NCBI RefSeq assembly: GCF_903903185.1
Contig: NZ_CAIUXT010000150.1
Span: 27,425-91,424, forward strand
Reading direction: 5' to 3'
DNA from: an uncultured Rhodoblastus sp.
GTDB taxonomy: Bacteria; Pseudomonadota; Alphaproteobacteria; Rhizobiales; Beijerinckiaceae
Length of the DNA: 64,000 bases
The notes under the pieces are model-generated. The model was given only the letters and a program-made list of their open reading frames with translations. It had not been told where the DNA came from and searched no databases. Position 1 is the first letter of the stretch. Each line of letters starts with the position of its first letter. Made by a program: the position numbers and the translations under genes. Shown here piece after piece: positions 28,041 to 36,185 of the stretch.

Positions 28041-28715
28041 TCAGTCGGTGCGGGAGGCGATGGCGATGCGCGGAGGATTGCCGAGCCGCTTGTCGAGATA
28101 TACTCCGACCTTGGCAATCAACTCGTCGACGCGGTCCTCGAAGAAATGATTGGCGCCTTCGACCGCTACGTGTTCGATCTGGATACCCTTCTGTGTCTTG
28201 AGTTTTTCGATCACGGCGGTGACTTCCTTGATCGGCGCGACGCGGTCCTGGTCGCCATGGACGAACAGGCCGGAAGAAGGGCAGGGGGCGAGAAACGTAA
28301 AATCGAAACGGTTGGCCGGCGGCGCGATACAGATGAAGCCTTCGATTTCCGGGCGGCGCATCAGCAATTGCATGCCGATCCAGGAACCGAACGAAACGCC
28401 GGCTATCCAGCAGGAGCGCGCTTCCGGGCTGATCGACTGCGCCCAGTCGAGGGCCGAAGCCGCGTCGGACAATTCGCCCTGGCCATGGTCGAACGCGCCC
28501 TGCGATCGCCCGACGCCGCGAAAATTGAAGCGCAGCACCGAAAAACCGCGCTCGGCGAAGGCATAATAAAGATGATAGACGATTTGATTGTTCATCGTGC
28601 CGCCAAATTGCGGATGTGGATGCAAAATGATCGCGATCGGCGCGCCGCGCTGTTTGGACTGGTGGAAACGTCCTTCGAGACGGCCGGCGGGTCCGTTGAA
28701 AATCACCTCGGGCAT
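28041..28715 (-). CDS. Alpha/beta-fold hydrolase
   Basis: MPEVIFNGPAGRLEGRFHQSKQRGAPIAIILHPHPQFGGTMNN...FNFRGVGRSQG...IAGVSFGSW (GxSxG nucleophile elbow). Confidence 0.8.
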   Translation of the reverse strand: MPEVIFNGPAGRLEGRFHQSKQRGAPIAIILHPHPQFGGTMNNQIVYHLYYAFAERGFSVLRFNFRGVGRSQGAFDHGQGELSDAASALDWAQSISPEARSCWIAGVSFGSWIGMQLLMRRPEIEGFICIAPPANRFDFTFLAPCPSSGLFVHGDQDRVAPIKEVTAVIEKLKTQKGIQIEHVAVEGANHFFEDRVDELIAKVGVYLDKRLGNPPRIAIASRTD

Positions 28716-28809
28716 GGATTGGGTCTCGATTCAAGATAAGGTAAGGTCTTCTTAACGAAGCGCGTGGCGAAGAAGCAAACTTTTTCGTCAATTTTTCGCG
28801 GAGAATGTC

Positions 28810-29133
28810 GTGCTGTTGGTTGTGCGCGTTTTTTCATTGATCATTTTTGCAACCGTCGCACATTTCGGCGATGGCCTCGCTTTTCCGGCTCTGGTTGCGG
28901 CGGCGCTGATCGGCTGGCGCGGCATTGGCTTTTACTGGCTCGCCGCGCCGATCCTGGCCCTGGCCTTCGCCGCCAACTATATGTATTCGGGCGTCCACAG
29001 CACGGCGAAAGAGTTCGCCGCGCTGGGCAATATTCCGTTCGAACTGATGGTTTTCAGCTTTCTGTCAATGGTCGGCTATTTGCTCGGCTGGCTTTTCCGA
29101 CGGCGCGGATCGTTTTTCGCGCCGCGCGAATAG
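28810..29133 (+). CDS. Hypothetical small integral membrane protein
   Basis: 107-aa ORF with three or four hydrophobic helices (LLVVRVFSLIIFATVAHF..., ALVAAALIGWRGIGFYWLAAPILALAFAANY..., FELMVFSFLSMVGYLLGWLF). Confidence 0.5.
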   Translation: MLLVVRVFSLIIFATVAHFGDGLAFPALVAAALIGWRGIGFYWLAAPILALAFAANYMYSGVHSTAKEFAALGNIPFELMVFSFLSMVGYLLGWLFRRRGSFFAPRE

Positions 29134-29136
29134 AAC

Positions 29137-29529
29137 TCAATGCCGCGAAAACAGGTCGCGCAATTTGCAAAGGCTGGTGGTGATGTCGAAGCGCTGGTCC
29201 GGCAGGGTTTCGCCGGAGGCGATGCGGGTCAGGGCGGTCGCTGGGTCGGTCTCGCCGGTCAGCAGCACTTCGGCGCCGCGTTTGCGCAGGTGCCGGATGA
29301 AGCCGTCGCCGGCGCTGCCCGCCACGGCGATCTCGATTCCATCGAGAGGGTGGGGGCCTTTGTCGTCGAAATAATGGAACAATTGCTCCTTGGTCAATTC
29401 GACCCGGGTCGGCGGCGGCAAGGGCTCGCCGGGGCGATATTGCGCGAGATCGTATAGCAGCCAGCAGGTCGCCTTTCCGGCGTGACCGCTGACCGCAAGC
29501 CAGTCTTTCGTGGCGACTCCGATCTTCAT
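29137..29529 (-). CDS. NifB/NifX-family (dinitrogenase FeMo-cofactor-binding-like) domain protein
   Basis: MKIGVATKDWLAVSGHAGKATCWLLYDL...IEIAVAGSAGDGFIRHLRKRGAEVLLTGETDP: pattern of the small NifX/NifB-C/DUF-type cluster-binding fold. No other nif genes are nearby. Confidence 0.6.
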   Translation of the reverse strand: MKIGVATKDWLAVSGHAGKATCWLLYDLAQYRPGEPLPPPTRVELTKEQLFHYFDDKGPHPLDGIEIAVAGSAGDGFIRHLRKRGAEVLLTGETDPATALTRIASGETLPDQRFDITTSLCKLRDLFSRH

Positions 29530-29568
29530 CGTCCCTCTTCCGGTGTCATTGGAGATGGACGATTCCTA

Positions 29569-30438
29569 TCACGCCAGCGCCTTTAGCGAAACGCCCGCGG
29601 GCACAGGGGTGTCGTCGGGAACGAAAAAATCCGGCGCCAGCGGCGAAGTCGGATCGACGCGATAGGCGTCGAAATCGGTCACCCCGTTCTCGCTGAGGAA
29701 AACGTCGTCGATCAAAAAACGCCCGGTAAATGCGCGGCTGGCTTTCAGGAAAAGCGCGTAAGCCGCGTCGGCCATGATTTCGGGTTTGCGCGAGGCGCGC
29801 ATCAGTTTTTCGCCGCCCAGCAGATTATTGATCGCCGCCGTGGCGATCGTGGTGCGCGGCCACAGGGCGTTGACGGCGACGCCCGCAGGCCGCAATTCGC
29901 CGGCAAGGCCGAGAACGGCGAGGCTCATGCCGAACTTGGCCATCGAATAGGCGGTATGGGCCGCGAACCATTTTTCCTTCATGTCGAGCGGCGGCGCCAG
30001 CATCAGCACATGCGGATTGGAAGATCGCACAAGGTAGGGAACGGCGAGTTTGGTCGTCATGTAGGAGCCGCGCGCATTGACCTGTTGCATCAAGTCGAAC
30101 CGTTTCATGTCGACGTGCTGGCTGTTTCCGAGCGCAATGGCGCTGGCGTTGTTGACGATGATGTCGACGCCGCCGAATTTTTCCGCCGTTTGCGCCAGCG
30201 CTTGCGCGACCTGCGCCTCCTCGCGCACGTCGACCGTCAGCGCCAGCGCTCTGCCTCCGGCGGCCTCGACTTCCTTCGCCGCCGTGAAAATCGTGCCCGT
30301 CAGTTTGGGATGCGGCTCCGCCGTCTTGGCGGCGATGGCGACATTGGCCCCGTCGCGCGCGGCGCGCAAAGCGATGGCGAGGCCGATGCCCCGCGACGCC
30401 CCGGTGATGAACAAGGTTTTGCCTGCGAGGTCCGCCAT
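29569..30438 (-). CDS. Short-chain dehydrogenase/reductase (SDR) family oxidoreductase
   Basis: MADLAGKTLFITGASRGIGLAIALRAARDGANVAIAAKT (TGxxxGIG)...NNASAI...YSMAKFG (YxxxK). Confidence 0.85.
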   Translation of the reverse strand: MADLAGKTLFITGASRGIGLAIALRAARDGANVAIAAKTAEPHPKLTGTIFTAAKEVEAAGGRALALTVDVREEAQVAQALAQTAEKFGGVDIIVNNASAIALGNSQHVDMKRFDLMQQVNARGSYMTTKLAVPYLVRSSNPHVLMLAPPLDMKEKWFAAHTAYSMAKFGMSLAVLGLAGELRPAGVAVNALWPRTTIATAAINNLLGGEKLMRASRKPEIMADAAYALFLKASRAFTGRFLIDDVFLSENGVTDFDAYRVDPTSPLAPDFFVPDDTPVPAGVSLKALA

Positions 30439-30450
30439 TTTGCTCTCCCT

Positions 30451-31194
30451 TTATTTGCTTTTGTTCAGGAACGCGGCGAGCGCGGCCTGCGCTTCAGGTG
30501 TTTTCAGCGCCGCTCCGAAAGCCGCCAGTTCGGCCTCGATCCGCGCGGAAACCTCGTCGGTGTCGCCGCGCAAGAAGGCGCGGGCCTGCAACAGGGCGGC
30601 GCGCGGCTTGGCGGCCAGCGCGGCGGCTTTGCCGCGCGCGAATTCGACCAGCGAATCGTTGGCGACAACGGCGTTGACCAGTCCCGCCGACAAAGCCTCG
30701 CCGGCGTCGAAGCTTTCCGCCAGCAAAAGCAAGGCGCTGGCCCGCGCCATTCCGACGCGGCGCGGCAGCAGCAGCGACGAGCCGGCTTCCGGCAGCAGGC
30801 CGAGATTGACGAAAGGCAGCGAAAACCGGGCGTCGGGCGCAACATAGATCAGGTCGCAATGCAGCAGCAAGGTGACGCCGACGCCGACCGCAATGCCCTC
30901 GACACAGGCGACCATCGGCTTGGAAAAGCGGGCAATTTTTCGCACGAAGGCGACCGCCGCCTGGGCCTCGCCGCCCTGCGCGGCGCGGACGAAATCGGCG
31001 ATATCGTTGCCGGCGGTGAAAACCCCGCCCTCGGCCTTGATCAAAACGGCGCCGATCGAGGCGTCGCTTTCGGCCTCCTCCAACCCGGCCGCCAATTGGC
31101 GATACATGTCGCTGGTCAGGGCGTTCTTTTTCGCCGGCCGGTTCAACGTCAGTTCCAGAACCGCGCCCGAGCGGGAAATTTCTATTTCGGCCAT
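30451..31194 (-). CDS. Enoyl-CoA hydratase/isomerase family protein
   Basis: MAEIEISRSGAVLELTLNRPAKKNALTSDMYRQLAAGLEEAESDASIGAVLIKAEGGVFTAGNDIADF... Start at CAT 31192..31194. Confidence 0.85.
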   Translation of the reverse strand: MAEIEISRSGAVLELTLNRPAKKNALTSDMYRQLAAGLEEAESDASIGAVLIKAEGGVFTAGNDIADFVRAAQGGEAQAAVAFVRKIARFSKPMVACVEGIAVGVGVTLLLHCDLIYVAPDARFSLPFVNLGLLPEAGSSLLLPRRVGMARASALLLLAESFDAGEALSAGLVNAVVANDSLVEFARGKAAALAAKPRAALLQARAFLRGDTDEVSARIEAELAAFGAALKTPEAQAALAAFLNKSK

Positions 31195-31351
31195 GGTCGA
31201 AACCTTTATCTGCGCAGCGCTTTCGCGGTTGGGCGAGCGAATGTAGATTGCATTTCGCCTTCTGTCGCCGACGCCAAAAGGTTCATATATGAACCATAGG
31301 GGCCTGACGAAGTCAATTGAGGGTTTTGGACGGGATTCGGGACTGCGCTTG

Positions 31352-32332
31352 ATGAGCGAGAAAAATACGCGCACGACGCGCCTGCTGGCCGCCGACGCCG
31401 AGGGGCTGGCGGCGGCAAGCGAAATGTTGCGCGAAAACCGTCTCGTCGCCTTCCCCACCGAGACGGTCTATGGCCTGGGCGCGGACGCGACCAACGCGCG
31501 CGCGGTGGCCGAAATCTATCGCGCCAAGGGCCGCCCGAGCTTCAATCCGCTGATCGCCCATGTTGCGGACATCGCCATGGCGCGGCGCGAGGGGATTTTC
31601 GACGTCCGGGCAGAAAAACTTGCCGAGGCTTTCTGGCCGGGGCCGCTGACTCTCGTGTTGCCGCAGGCGACAGGCGCCAGCGTCTGCGACCTGGCCAGGG
31701 CCGGGCTTCGCAGCGTCGGCCTGCGCGTGCCCGATCATCCGGTCGCGCTTGCTTTGCTGGCGGCGGCGGGCCGGCCCATCGCCGCGCCTTCGGCCAATTT
31801 ATCCGGCCATGTCAGCCCGACCGCGCCGGCGCATGTGCTGGCCGATCTCGGCGGGCGGATCGACGCGGTCATCGACGGCGGGCCATGTGGGATCGGCGTC
31901 GAATCGACGATTGTCGCTTTGCTCGACGGCAAGGCGGCCCTGCTGCGCCCCGGCGGCCTTTCCCGCGCAGCTTTGGAGGCGGTTCTGGGCGGCGCGTTCG
32001 CTGTGGCCTTTGACGAGGGCGAGCGACCACTTTCGCCGGGGCTTCTGGCCTCGCATTACGCGCCGCGGGGGTCGTTGCGGCTCGAAGCGGAAAATTTGCG
32101 CGAGGGCGAGGCGGGTCTGGATTTCGGCGGGCGTTTCGCGGGCGCCGCGGGAAACGTGCTCGATCTGTCGCCGCGCGAAGTTCTGGCCGAGGCGGCGGCC
32201 CATCTGTTCACCTTTTTGCGGGCTCTGGACGAAAGCGGCGCGATGCATATCGCCGTGGCGCCGATCCCCTGCGTCGATCTCGGCGAAGCGATCAACGACC
32301 GGTTGCGGCGGGCCGCCGCGCCGCGCGGCTAA
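31352..32332 (+). CDS. tsaC: L-threonylcarbamoyladenylate synthase (YrdC + Sua5 two-domain type)
   Basis: ...RLVAFPTETVYGLGADATNARAVAEIYRAKGRPSFNPLIAHV...PGPLTLVL...RVPDHP...APSANLSGHVSPT. Followed by a Sua5-type C-terminal domain. Confidence 0.88.
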   Translation: MSEKNTRTTRLLAADAEGLAAASEMLRENRLVAFPTETVYGLGADATNARAVAEIYRAKGRPSFNPLIAHVADIAMARREGIFDVRAEKLAEAFWPGPLTLVLPQATGASVCDLARAGLRSVGLRVPDHPVALALLAAAGRPIAAPSANLSGHVSPTAPAHVLADLGGRIDAVIDGGPCGIGVESTIVALLDGKAALLRPGGLSRAALEAVLGGAFAVAFDEGERPLSPGLLASHYAPRGSLRLEAENLREGEAGLDFGGRFAGAAGNVLDLSPREVLAEAAAHLFTFLRALDESGAMHIAVAPIPCVDLGEAINDRLRRAAAPRG

Positions 32333-32482
32333 AGCCTGTTCCCGAAAAGTTGCAGACTTTTCGGAAAAGCATTGGCGGTTAAATAGAAAGTTGCAGCATT
32401 TTCATGTTTCCACGAAACATTGAAAATGTTGAAAGTTCCGGCCTGACTTGAACTTGGTTACGATTTGCCCCATTTTTGGGCG

Positions 32483-33412
32483 ATGAATCAGATCAGTTGG
32501 GACGATTTTCGCCTTGTGCGCGGTATTGCCGAATCCGGTTCGCTGGTCGGCGCGGCGGCTGCGCTCAATCTCAATCACTCGACGGTGTTTCGCCGCCTCG
32601 GCGCGTTGGAGGCGATGATCGGTGCGAAATTGTTCGAACGTTCGCGCAACGGCTATGCCGCCACCGCCGCAGGGCAGGAAATGGTGGCGCTGGCTGAGCG
32701 CATGGGCCGCGACGTCACCGATTTCGAGCGGCGGATCGCCGGGCGGGACGACAAGCCGTCCGGCCTGTTGCGGGTGACGACCAATGACGCGCTTTTCAAT
32801 TATGTGCTCAGTCCGGTTCTTGCGAGTTTCCGCAAGAGTTTTCCGGACATCCAGCTCGACGTGCTGGTGGTCAACCAGCCTCTGAACTTGTCGCGGCGCG
32901 ACGCGGACATCGCCGTGCGCTCGACCTATGCGCCGCCGGAGACTCTGGTCGGGCGGCGGATCGGCTCCTCGGTCTGGGGACGCTATGTGGCTCGCGCGAT
33001 TTACGAGTCCGGTTTCGATCCGGCCGACGAGCGCCATCCCTATATCGCCTTCAACGAACATTTCGGCGGCGTCGAGGTGTTCGACTGGATCGAGAAGGAA
33101 ATTCCGCCCCATCGCATCGCCATGCGCTGCAACACCACGGTCGGCCTCGCTAAATGTATCGCCGAGGGCATGGGGGTGGGCTTCCTGCCACGCTTCATCG
33201 GCGACCAGCATCCCGAACTGGTCTGCACCGACGAGCCCATGGCGGGAAAGGGCGCCGATCTGTGGCTGCTGACCCATCCCGACCTGCGCCACGCCGCGCG
33301 GGTGCGCGCCTTCATGGATCACGCCGGCGCGCAATTGAGCAAGAGGCGCGGCGTGCTTGCCGGCGAACGTATTGGCGCGGAAGCCAACGGAGCTACGAAG
33401 CAAAGCTTTTGA
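32483..33412 (+). CDS. LysR-family transcriptional regulator
   Basis: MNQISWDDFRLVRGIAESGSLVGAAAALNLNHSTVFRRLGALEAMIGAKLFERSRNGYAATAAG: LysR wHTH followed by a substrate-binding domain. Confidence 0.88.
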   Translation: MNQISWDDFRLVRGIAESGSLVGAAAALNLNHSTVFRRLGALEAMIGAKLFERSRNGYAATAAGQEMVALAERMGRDVTDFERRIAGRDDKPSGLLRVTTNDALFNYVLSPVLASFRKSFPDIQLDVLVVNQPLNLSRRDADIAVRSTYAPPETLVGRRIGSSVWGRYVARAIYESGFDPADERHPYIAFNEHFGGVEVFDWIEKEIPPHRIAMRCNTTVGLAKCIAEGMGVGFLPRFIGDQHPELVCTDEPMAGKGADLWLLTHPDLRHAARVRAFMDHAGAQLSKRRGVLAGERIGAEANGATKQSF

Positions 33413-33536
33413 TCTTTACAAGATTCGAAGTCTAAATCCGTTTTATTTCATTTTTAATATTGCGTATTCCGGCTATTTCGCTTTTGTAATCAAAAAATAA
33501 ATAGGCCGCTGAAAATTTTATGATTCGGGATGAACG

Positions 33537-34148
33537 ATGCGCTTTGACAAAGTTATCAGTTTGGGATTGGCGTGTGGCGCCGCCTATCAGATCAGACGGC
33601 GCTTCGATCAGACCGAAACTTACCCATTCGACTGGCTTGTCACGCAGATGAATGGTCTGCTTCAACTGCTGGACGGCGATTTCAAGGGATTTCTGTGTAA
33701 AGATAACATGGTAGAGCATGAAACTTATGTCGAAGATACAGCGTTTTGCATAAAATTTTTTCACGATTTTCCAGAAAACAAATGCAACGATGCGTCGATG
33801 GAAGAGGTGAGAGAAAAATATCAGCGAAGAATCACCAGATGGCGCGGAACAATAAAACAAGTAAGTTCTGTTCTTTTTGTCCGTTCCATGGCCTTCAATC
33901 TGGCGGATGAAGTCATGGATTGGGAGCAGTGCGAGCGTCTCGGCGCACACCTTGATAATTTGCGTTCGGGAATGAACTGGCGTCTGCTCGTTTCCAACCC
34001 ATCGTCTTCTGGGATAGCTCCCAGGAGCTCCAAACACATCGCACTGCGTCGTCTGGATTTCCCGATGACGCCCTTTGTCTGGAGTGGGGATGACCAAGCC
34101 TGGTCCGATTTGTTTGACTCGGTTCTGAGGGATTTCGATACGAGCTGA
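33537..34148 (+). CDS. DUF1796-family protein (putative papain-like cysteine peptidase fold) in a low-GC islet
   Basis: MRFDKVISLGLACGAAYQIRRRFDQTETYPFDWLVTQMNGLLQLLDGDFKGFL... matches the remembered DUF1796 N-terminal pattern (ISLG..C......R......YPFDW). The gene and its flanks are conspicuously AT-rich compared with their neighbours. Confidence 0.7.
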   Translation: MRFDKVISLGLACGAAYQIRRRFDQTETYPFDWLVTQMNGLLQLLDGDFKGFLCKDNMVEHETYVEDTAFCIKFFHDFPENKCNDASMEEVREKYQRRITRWRGTIKQVSSVLFVRSMAFNLADEVMDWEQCERLGAHLDNLRSGMNWRLLVSNPSSSGIAPRSSKHIALRRLDFPMTPFVWSGDDQAWSDLFDSVLRDFDTS

Positions 34149-34188
34149 ATTGACCGCCGCAAGCCTGTCCCGAACCCGGCAATATTCC

Positions 34189-35172
34189 TCACCCGATCTC
34201 GACAATCACCCGACCGCGCACCTTGCCTTCGAGGATTTCCTTCGCCGTGTCGATGATCTCGCCATAGCCGATCGTCGTGCTGATCTGGCCGAGTTTGTCC
34301 CGGTCGAGATCGCGCGCCAGCCGGTCCCAGGCGATGAGGCGCGGGGCTTTGGGTTTCATCACGCTGTCGATCCCGAGCAGCGAAACGCCGCGTAAAATGA
34401 AGGGCGCGACTGAGGTCGGCAGATCCATGCCCTGCGCGAGGCCGCAGGCGGCGACCGCGCCTTCGAAAGACGTCTGCGCCAGCACATTGGCCAAAGTATG
34501 CGAACCGACGCAATCGACCGCCGCCGCCCAGCGCTCCTTGCCGAGCGGTCTGCCGGGGTTTGAGAACTCGGCGCGGTCGATGATGTCGGCGGCGCCGAGT
34601 TTTTTGAGGAAATCCGCTTCTTCCGGCCTGCCGGTCGAGGCGATGACGCGCCAGCCCGCCGTGGCGAGCAGGGAAACCGCCACCGAACCGACGCCGCCGG
34701 CCGCTCCGGTGACGAGGACCGGGCCGCGATCCGGCGTCAGGCCGGCTTTTTCGAGCGCCAGCACTGCGAGCATGGCGGTAAATCCGGCGGTGCCGATGGC
34801 CATGGCCTGCGCGGCGGTCAGTCCGGGCGGCAAGGGGACGAGCCAGTCGCCCTTGACCCGCGCTTTTTCGGCATAGCCGCCCAAATGGGTTTCGCCGACG
34901 CCCCAGCCGGTCAGCACCACGGCGTCGCCGGGCTTGAAATCCTTGTGCGAGGAGGTTTCGACCAAGCCAGCGAAATCAATGCCCGGAATCATCGGAAAGC
35001 GCCGCACCACCGGGGATTTGCCTGTGATCGCCAGCCCGTCCTTGTAATTGACTGTCGAATGGCTGACGCGGACGGTGACGTCGCCGTCCATCAGCTCCGT
35101 TTCGTCGAATTCGGAATAGGAGGCGGCGTAGGCGGGCTCCTTGACGATGCGGATCGCTTTGAATCTGGACAT
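34189..35172 (-). CDS. yhdH: YhdH/AcuI-type MDR oxidoreductase (acrylyl-CoA reductase / quinone oxidoreductase family)
   Basis: MSRFKAIRIVKE...GDVTVRVSHSTVNYKDGLAITGKSPVVRRFPMIPGIDFAG...VLVTGAAGGVGSVAV. Start at CAT 35170..35172. Confidence 0.8.
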   Translation of the reverse strand: MSRFKAIRIVKEPAYAASYSEFDETELMDGDVTVRVSHSTVNYKDGLAITGKSPVVRRFPMIPGIDFAGLVETSSHKDFKPGDAVVLTGWGVGETHLGGYAEKARVKGDWLVPLPPGLTAAQAMAIGTAGFTAMLAVLALEKAGLTPDRGPVLVTGAAGGVGSVAVSLLATAGWRVIASTGRPEEADFLKKLGAADIIDRAEFSNPGRPLGKERWAAAVDCVGSHTLANVLAQTSFEGAVAACGLAQGMDLPTSVAPFILRGVSLLGIDSVMKPKAPRLIAWDRLARDLDRDKLGQISTTIGYGEIIDTAKEILEGKVRGRVIVEIG

Positions 35173-35254
35173 GCGGCCCTCCCCAAATTTAGGGGCCAAT
35201 CTGACGATGTGTTTGCGCTAACGTCAAGCGCGCCAAAAGCCTGTGAAGACGAGC

Positions 35255-35794
35255 TTAGCCGCTTTCGTTGAAAGCGGCGATTACGGTTTCGATGGGTAGA
35301 AACAGGGTGCGGCTGTCCGCCGGATATTCCGTGAACTCGGCGCAGCCGAGGTAAAAGCGCTTCGCGCTTTCGTCCTTGGCGTGGACGAGCACGGCGCCTA
35401 TGCCAATGGTTTGGGAGGCGACAGCGACACGACGAAGCGCATCGGACAATAAGTCGGCGCCCAAACCACAGCCGGCATAGTCGCGGCTGACCGCCAGACG
35501 ACCGATGATCGAAACCGGGATAGCTTCGGGCGCATTGCGCCGCAACTTTCCCGGAGCCATCGAGCGTTCGACCGAGCCGGCGGAAATGCAGAAATAGGCG
35601 ACGACCTTTTTGCCTTCGCAGACGACATAGGTGCGGGAAAACCGGCTCTCGTTCTTCAGAGCGCGGTTTTTAAGCCAATCGTCAAGAACCGGCTCGCCGC
35701 AGTCGAATTCGCCGGTATCATGATCCGGCGTCAAGGGAGCCGGCGCCGATAGGGTTGTCGGTCGGCTTCGCGGATCGGACTTCACGCCTTCCAT
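35255..35794 (-). CDS. tacT: GNAT-family acetyltransferase toxin (TacT/KacT-like)
   Basis: ...LTPDHDTGEFDCGEPVLDDWLKNRALKNESRFSRTYVVCEGKKVVAYFCISAGSVE...IGRLAVSRDYAGCGLGADLL...GAVLVHAKDESAKRFY. Overlaps by 13 nt the stop of an upstream DUF1778 gene. Confidence 0.85.
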   Translation of the reverse strand: MEGVKSDPRSRPTTLSAPAPLTPDHDTGEFDCGEPVLDDWLKNRALKNESRFSRTYVVCEGKKVVAYFCISAGSVERSMAPGKLRRNAPEAIPVSIIGRLAVSRDYAGCGLGADLLSDALRRVAVASQTIGIGAVLVHAKDESAKRFYLGCAEFTEYPADSRTLFLPIETVIAAFNESG

Positions 35795-36120
35795 GCCGGC
35801 TTTCGGCTTAACAAGGAACGCAGCTTTGGCCCTGGCGCAGGCGGATTGTCCAGCGCATGAACAAAAGCGTCGTAGCGTTCCGGATCGAGCACGAACAGGC
35901 GCAGGTCCAGCAGCGTGTCGATCGCAGCCTTGCGGGCGCTTTCGATCATGAATTCGGTTCGCGTCTTTCCAAGTACGGCTGCGGCGTCGTCAATCAGCTG
36001 GCGGGTTTGGGCCTCGATGCGTAGATTGATGCTGCCCTTCGCATCTGGCGATGGCCGCCCCGCGACCACCCTGGTCTCGGAACCGGAATTGTTTGATGAA
36101 AATGTGCCGACCTTTGTCAT
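35782..36120 (-). CDS. tacA: DUF1778-family (RHH) antitoxin (TacA-like)
   Basis: MTKVGTFSSNNSGSETRVVAGRPSPDAKGSINLRIEAQTRQLIDDAAAVLGKTRTEFMIESARKAAIDTLLDLRLFVLDPERYDAFVHALDNPP. Start at CAT 36118..36120. The remainder of ORF 35782..36615 is upstream non-coding read-through. Confidence 0.85.
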   Translation of the reverse strand: MTKVGTFSSNNSGSETRVVAGRPSPDAKGSINLRIEAQTRQLIDDAAAVLGKTRTEFMIESARKAAIDTLLDLRLFVLDPERYDAFVHALDNPPAPGPKLRSLLSRKPAWKA

Positions 36121-36185
36121 AGGCAAAATATGAGCTTGCGTATCTACATTGTCAATACGTCTGAGCCCATGGCGTTGAAATAGGG

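Noticed and set aside
29956-31299. ORF 29956..31299(+), 447 aa
   Set aside because: Antisense to the SDR and enoyl-CoA hydratase genes, with a low-complexity translation.
33432-34205. 257-aa ORF on the - strand across the low-GC islet
   Set aside because: Antisense to the DUF1796 ORF. The translation has no family-like features, and AT-rich DNA gives long accidental ORFs less often but here only one strand shows a recognisable N-terminal motif.
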